Shown piece by piece: positions 58,889 through 64,000 of a stretch of DNA of 64,000 nucleotides. How positions within the stretch are numbered: the stretch's first letter is position 1; the number at the start of each line of letters is the position of its first letter. Below the pieces are notes generated by a model. The model was not told where the DNA came from. It searched no databases and saw nothing but the letters and a program-made list of their open reading frames with translations. A program made the translations under genes and the position numbers. The stretch is taken from IMG/VR virus record IMGVR_UViG_3300042922_000542, positions 124,001 through 188,000 of that record; one strand, given 5' to 3'.

Positions 58889-59923
58889 TTAAATATTGAA
58901 AACATTACTTGTTATTTTACCTAAAAATTGATCTTCAAGAGTCATAATATTTTGTAATAATATATTTGCTACATCATCAGATAAATCTTTTCTGATAAAT
59001 TTATCCAACCCTACTATCATTGCCAATACTTTTCTCTTAGTAGTTTCACTCTTGTTATCAACATCATTGAACACTATGAGATTCATAAAATACATGAGCA
59101 GCAAATTACTCTGTGTATGATATTTCTCTTCTAAATATAGCTTTTCAAATTGAGCTATTTCCAAAATGAATTTTTCAGAAATCTTCAGCCTGCTTAATTC
59201 ATTACGCGTTCTTTCAATTATGTATTGAATTTTGCGCGCATCATTGAATGTATTTACGATATGACCCATATTCTTTTCATCGACAGCTTCTTTCAAAAAG
59301 TCCAAATATTTGAAATAAAAGTGATCGTACAGCTGCTTTTCCATAGATGCTTTCTTTTCTGCATCCGTTTCTTGTTCAATAGCAGCTTTTAATTGTTCTA
59401 TACTTAATTTTTCTCTATCTTCAATTATTTGAGAATATTGTTTAGATAGATTATTGAAATCAAACAATGCACGCATATAATTGTAGAATGCTTGAGCTGC
59501 CCATTTAACTCTATCGACAGTCTGAGCCTGATCTACTCCAAATATCTCAGCGTCTTCACCGAATATTTCAATCAATTTTTCTTCGGATATATTATTAATT
59601 CCATTTACGAAATCAAAATCTTCTGGATATGTACTAGGATCATCTAAGTCTATTCCCTCTGGAACAATTCTGTTAGCTTCATTATAATCAATGATTATTC
59701 TCATTTGATTACTATTAACATTAAACTCAGATTGAGTTTGTTGCCAAATTGATTCCTGATAAGATAGCATTTCCTTTACAGTATGCATTAAAGATTGTAA
59801 TTCCTGCATTGATGGCATACTTTGATTTTCAACAGGTTCCGGTGTTTCTACCTCAGTTACAGCGTCAGCTTCACCTACAACTGTTGGTTGTATTTCCATT
59901 ACTTCATCGTGATTATTTTCCAT
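58889..59923 (-). CDS. hypothetical helical protein
   Basis: 344 aa, GAGAGGT RBS. Confidence 0.7.
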   Translation of the reverse strand: MENNHDEVMEIQPTVVGEADAVTEVETPEPVENQSMPSMQELQSLMHTVKEMLSYQESIWQQTQSEFNVNSNQMRIIIDYNEANRIVPEGIDLDDPSTYPEDFDFVNGINNISEEKLIEIFGEDAEIFGVDQAQTVDRVKWAAQAFYNYMRALFDFNNLSKQYSQIIEDREKLSIEQLKAAIEQETDAEKKASMEKQLYDHFYFKYLDFLKEAVDEKNMGHIVNTFNDARKIQYIIERTRNELSRLKISEKFILEIAQFEKLYLEEKYHTQSNLLLMYFMNLIVFNDVDNKSETTKRKVLAMIVGLDKFIRKDLSDDVANILLQNIMTLEDQFLGKITSNVFNI

Positions 59924-59945
59924 ATTAATATACCTCTCTCTTTTT

Positions 59946-60413
59946 TTAATTTATAATAGTAATATCTTCAATTGCTCCATCCATTAGTTTATCGATTGTA
60001 ACAATTGCTATATCACTGATATATTTCATATAATATTTTTCTGTTAATAAATTATATCGATCCTTTAAAGGGTCGGTATCTTTAAATGACTCAAATACTT
60101 CAGTTGATATTTGACCTATTAATTGTTGTATTACAGTTCGACTTAATTTAGTCATATCATTATTCATCTTAAATTTCTGAAACTCAATAACTGTAGTTTC
60201 GATTATTAAGAATTTTAGAAATTGATGAAATTCTTTGGTACGAATTGATAGTGTTGATATATTACATACATCATCAACATGTTGCGACTGCAAAACACGA
60301 ATTCTAGATTTTAATAATGATAATATTTTTAATCCAAATATTATCAATACTAAATATATACCAAGATTAGATATGATGTTATATATAATATATCTTAGTG
60401 TAGGTTCAAACAT
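59946..60413 (-). CDS. hypothetical protein with N-terminal TM helix
   Basis: IISNLGIYLVLIIFGLKIL; AAAGGAGG RBS. Confidence 0.65.
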   Translation of the reverse strand: MFEPTLRYIIYNIISNLGIYLVLIIFGLKILSLLKSRIRVLQSQHVDDVCNISTLSIRTKEFHQFLKFLIIETTVIEFQKFKMNNDMTKLSRTVIQQLIGQISTEVFESFKDTDPLKDRYNLLTEKYYMKYISDIAIVTIDKLMDGAIEDITIIN

Positions 60414-60935
60414 TTAATGTTCCTCCTTTCTTGATAATTCAGCAACGAACTCATCATGATATGTAATATCGGCTCTATTTCCATAAACAATAGGATTTTT
60501 AATAATATTTACCATTTTATTTAGTGAGTCTGACTCTAATAACATTATGCTATTATCGGGATTTTTATATTTCCATTGTGTTGCAAAATCTCTTATTTCT
60601 AGAATTGATTGCATATCTTTAGAATCAGTTGCGCTAACAATAAAGAACGGTAATTCATACTTCGATGCTAACGCTTCAACTTCAAGACAAAATTGTTTAG
60701 CTTTATTTATATCGTGTGCTCGTGCCTTAATTGTTTCGATAGCATTCGGGATACCTATATTTCTATTCATTAATGGAAATGTCATCGGACCTTCTAATAA
60801 TATCTTAGGTATTCCTGCATTTTCACATATTTGATCTTGTAATGTTTCTACAAGTGTTTTTGGATTCGGCGGTGCAGGTATTTCAAGAATTGAATTCTTT
60901 AATTCAGGACTTATATCATTTAATTTATTATCCAT
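60414..60935 (-). CDS. hypothetical protein
   Basis: 173 aa, AAGGAGG RBS. Confidence 0.65.
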   Translation of the reverse strand: MDNKLNDISPELKNSILEIPAPPNPKTLVETLQDQICENAGIPKILLEGPMTFPLMNRNIGIPNAIETIKARAHDINKAKQFCLEVEALASKYELPFFIVSATDSKDMQSILEIRDFATQWKYKNPDNSIMLLESDSLNKMVNIIKNPIVYGNRADITYHDEFVAELSRKEEH

Positions 60936-61077
60936 ATTAACCTCCTTTATTATTTTTTAGAATGTAATGGGATATATGTATGTCCTTGATTGTCTGAAAA
61001 ATAAATTTTATTATCAAACATAATAAGTACTAATGTCTGATTATTTATTACTTCAATTTTACATGTCATTGATGGCA

Positions 61078-63396
61078 TTATATTGTTAATACCTCCAAGT
61101 TACGTTTAAATATATTGATGATATCATCTGTTAAATGTTTCTTCTTAAATGGTAAATTCTCCATCACATAATCCCAGACCTCATCAAAGTCATTGATCAT
61201 ATTAGGATTATCTTTAATATACCTCTTATACATTTTTGACAATTTCTTTACATGATACATTTCATTATTAGTGCAGAATATTACTCTATTCTTGACTGTA
61301 TATGCAATAATTTCTTTGTCGTCGATTTCATCATCTATATATTCATCTTCATCATGAATTGATTCAATTTTAACACCTAATGACTTTAAGTACACCTGGA
61401 GTATTTCTGCAGATCTTGAAGTAAACTTATCTGGTATATTATATTCACCGTCTTCTGATATAATAGCTTCATACATGAATCGTCTACCATCAATAGATGA
61501 GCGATACAGTGCAGTTATTAAAGCAAAATCTTCAGGACGTGTAATTATCATAAAATTAGGTGTTTCATATTCACCGAATCGAATAGGCGTTTCTGAATGC
61601 CATAACTTTCCAATTTTATTTTCATTGCTCTTTTCAGGTAAACTCTCATCAGATATGGCTCCTGCTGATCTAACACTGAATCCTTTTTCACCGCTTTGTT
61701 TTAGTAATAAAATATATTGATATCCAATATGATATTTTCCGACAAATATGTCCCTGCCCCAATTTGGCTTTGGTATAAATAGATTGTACGGTTTAACTAT
61801 ATCATCAAATTCCTTATAAATTCTAATAACTGCATCTCTTATCATATTATCATCATCAAATGGTTCGACTTTTATGTATATACCTTTATTAATTGCAGAT
61901 TTAATAAACTCCCTCTGCTCTCTTTCACTCATTGAATTATATAATTTTTCAGTGTCTTTGGCCTCTTTAGTATTAAATATTTTTATAACATCAAACATTA
62001 TTTTCTTCTTATCATTTATACTATCCAATGTGGCCATATATTCTCTTACACGTTCTAATATAAATGTTTTACTAGCCTCGAATAATGCCATAGGTATACC
62101 TCTATTTATAAAGGCTAATGGATTTGTTATTAATTCAATACGTTTCTTTTCTCCTTTTGGATGGACTGCACCATATTCATCGACATATGAATCTACTGTT
62201 ATGTATGGCATTTCCTCGTCTGGTACAATTTTACTAACAACAGTTTTATTACCATAACGCCCAGTAATTTTACGCCCAATTCTAATTGGCTCTTTTCGTC
62301 TAATTAGTATTTCAACCATCATATTAGAAAATATATTATCGTTAAATGCCCACTTAGCATCCTCATCTAAATAATTCATAGCTTTACGCATCCAGTGGTT
62401 TATTTCACGATCAATTGATTTTGATCCGCTATTAATTATTTTTTTGCATATACGATAAACTTCAGTATAGAATACCTTGGCATCATTATAGTATTGAAAC
62501 AATTGCCTATTTAAATTGTTAGGTTTTAGTTTATGATTATTACAGTATACATTTATATCTATTACTTCACCATCACCATAAAATATTTGATCCGATGAAA
62601 AGTTTATTGTTGTTAGTGATATATCACGAAGATCACTAAACATCCTAGTTTCTTTTATTGTTCGAGTTGCGGCTAGTATACCATTGGTAACAGTATCGCC
62701 GATATTTGGTAAACATTGATAATTATTATCATCACCATATAGATTAATAAATACTGTATTATCATTCACTGGAATTGTGGTAGTGCTAATTTTATTACTC
62801 ATCATTCTTTTAGCAAATGATTCTGATATCTTTATAGCGTCATCCTGAACATATGGATCTACAGCATATAATATTCTACCATTAACACCTATACTCACAT
62901 TCATATCGTCATCATATGAAGTAGATGTATATAGTACAGTATTTGTTGGTATTGTATCGCCAATATTTGAATTATCTAAATAATCATTTTTATAGTCAAA
63001 TCCAAATTTTTCAGTTAAATCTTCACATTCTTTTCTTTCTATTAATCTATAAGAATCGTCATCTTTACAATATAGAAAATATAATGCGCTATATGTTTTC
63101 CCTTTTAATAATTCATTATATTTTTTAACAATGTTTATAACTTTATAGGTCTTATTAGTTCTATAATAGAAAGATGAATTTGCACCAATGAGGTTTTCAT
63201 TACCATTATATATGAATGGAAACTCTGGTTTATCTATTGTCAAATGTTGATTATGATGTTTAATATTCATGGTGGTACGCATCAATGCAGATTTACCTGG
63301 AAAATCCCCTTGTCCTACCATTGATAATTTCTTCTTACCGACTAATTCTTCATTCTTCTTTCTCAGTTCGTTTATTAAATTAAATTTTTCCTTCAT
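61078..63396 (-). CDS. rpoB: non-virion RNAP beta-C subunit (AR9 gp089 / phiKZ gp71-73-like)
   Basis: SALMRTTM..KH, QDDAIKISES, IGRKITGRYGNKTVVSKIVPDEEMP, ITNPLAFINR, PIRFGEYET. Confidence 0.93.
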   Translation of the reverse strand: MKEKFNLINELRKKNEELVGKKKLSMVGQGDFPGKSALMRTTMNIKHHNQHLTIDKPEFPFIYNGNENLIGANSSFYYRTNKTYKVINIVKKYNELLKGKTYSALYFLYCKDDDSYRLIERKECEDLTEKFGFDYKNDYLDNSNIGDTIPTNTVLYTSTSYDDDMNVSIGVNGRILYAVDPYVQDDAIKISESFAKRMMSNKISTTTIPVNDNTVFINLYGDDNNYQCLPNIGDTVTNGILAATRTIKETRMFSDLRDISLTTINFSSDQIFYGDGEVIDINVYCNNHKLKPNNLNRQLFQYYNDAKVFYTEVYRICKKIINSGSKSIDREINHWMRKAMNYLDEDAKWAFNDNIFSNMMVEILIRRKEPIRIGRKITGRYGNKTVVSKIVPDEEMPYITVDSYVDEYGAVHPKGEKKRIELITNPLAFINRGIPMALFEASKTFILERVREYMATLDSINDKKKIMFDVIKIFNTKEAKDTEKLYNSMSEREQREFIKSAINKGIYIKVEPFDDDNMIRDAVIRIYKEFDDIVKPYNLFIPKPNWGRDIFVGKYHIGYQYILLLKQSGEKGFSVRSAGAISDESLPEKSNENKIGKLWHSETPIRFGEYETPNFMIITRPEDFALITALYRSSIDGRRFMYEAIISEDGEYNIPDKFTSRSAEILQVYLKSLGVKIESIHDEDEYIDDEIDDKEIIAYTVKNRVIFCTNNEMYHVKKLSKMYKRYIKDNPNMINDFDEVWDYVMENLPFKKKHLTDDIINIFKRNLEVLTI

Positions 63397-63761
63397 ATAA
63401 TTATCCCTCCCACCTGTTTTATTATATTATGTAAATATAGAATATCATTCTCATCAAATAATAATCCAAATGGGCATTTCCATTGAAACTCAATAGATAT
63501 TAAATCTAAACCCGCTAAGAACCTCATCCAATTCTCCCATAATATCATATGAAAATCATTATTCTCAATATCTAACCCAAATGATTCATTGATCGATGCT
63601 TCATATCTATCATTATAAATAAATAACCCATCAGTATTAAATTTATTGAATAATTCAATGCTCTTTAATATTTCTTTAGCAATAAGATCTACACTAAAAT
63701 CAGAAACAAGTAGAACTTCTTTATCACTGTAGGTTTTAACAGCATCACTTAAATCGAACAT
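63393..63761 (-). CDS. hypothetical protein
   Basis: 122 aa, GAGGAGG RBS. Confidence 0.65.
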   Translation of the reverse strand: MFDLSDAVKTYSDKEVLLVSDFSVDLIAKEILKSIELFNKFNTDGLFIYNDRYEASINESFGLDIENNDFHMILWENWMRFLAGLDLISIEFQWKCPFGLLFDENDILYLHNIIKQVGGIII

Positions 63762-63773
63762 ACGAATACCTCC

Positions 63774-64000
63774 TCATATAAATTTGGTGATTTTATTTAA
63801 ATCTTGATATATGACAAGTGTCGTTAATCCATTTAACTCATCTTTATATGAGCAATCAGGCAACTCATTATAAACAAATATCTTTTTATCCTGTCTAAAT
63901 GCTTCATACATCTCTAACATGGTTGCTCCACCTATATATCCTTCTTGTCTAATAGGTAAATCAAGATTGAGAACTAATACAGCATCGCATTCTTGGATTT
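63774..64000 (-). CDS. 3' end of a nucleoside 2-deoxyribosyltransferase-like protein (partial)
   Basis: Translated by hand: IQECDAVLVLN..GYIGGATMLEMYEAF..KKIFVYN. Confidence 0.6.
   Translation of the reverse strand, partial: IQECDAVLVLNLDLPIRQEGYIGGATMLEMYEAFRQDKKIFVYNELPDCSYKDELNGLTTLVIYQDLNKITKFI

Noticed and set aside
803-63128. Numerous 60-170 aa opposite-strand or out-of-frame ORFs (e.g. 803-1012, 8275-8583, 42211-42540, 43747-44268, 61874-62257)
   Set aside because: Shadows of longer genes with recognisable motifs, no RBS, and composition typical of antisense AT-rich frames
1-64000. CRISPR array, tRNA or rRNA genes
   Set aside because: No regularly spaced repeat-spacer units or cloverleaf/T-loop signatures seen by eye; tRNAscan-SE should still be run
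1-64000. Stop-codon reassignment, as in some gut jumbo phages
   Set aside because: Conserved genes are full length in code 11, and TAA, TAG and TGA all occur as stops

Overview
AT-rich segment of a jumbo myovirus genome of the AR9/PBS1/phiKZ 'two multisubunit RNA polymerase' type. Strong GGAGG ribosome-binding sites and clostridial-type accessory genes suggest a Firmicutes host (inference). The window holds four non-virion RNAP components (beta'-N, beta'-C, beta-C and an AR9 gp226-like sigma-like subunit) and two virion RNAP beta subunits. The beta'-N gene is split exactly inside its catalytic NADFDG^D motif by an 846-nt group I intron carrying a NUMOD4-HNH endonuclease. Also present: a split family-B DNA polymerase, a T4 gp21-type prohead protease, neck/baseplate/fibre genes, two 8-bladed propeller receptor-binding proteins, a NAGPA-like phosphodiester glycosidase, and two clusters of small early genes. 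Two promoter classes can be read directly: early (T/G)ATATATTAT and late AAC(A/C)-N6-T(A/G). The most unusual content is (i) an early block encoding a full-length polyphosphate kinase 1, a palm-only polymerase-like protein and two paralogues, followed by a protein-kinase-fold/Zn-ribbon gene and a very acidic 653-aa protein, and (ii) a sigma4-alphaCTD-CYTH triple fusion. No tRNA, rRNA, CRISPR array or reverse transcriptase was seen. All family assignments come from motif recognition by eye; no database search was run.
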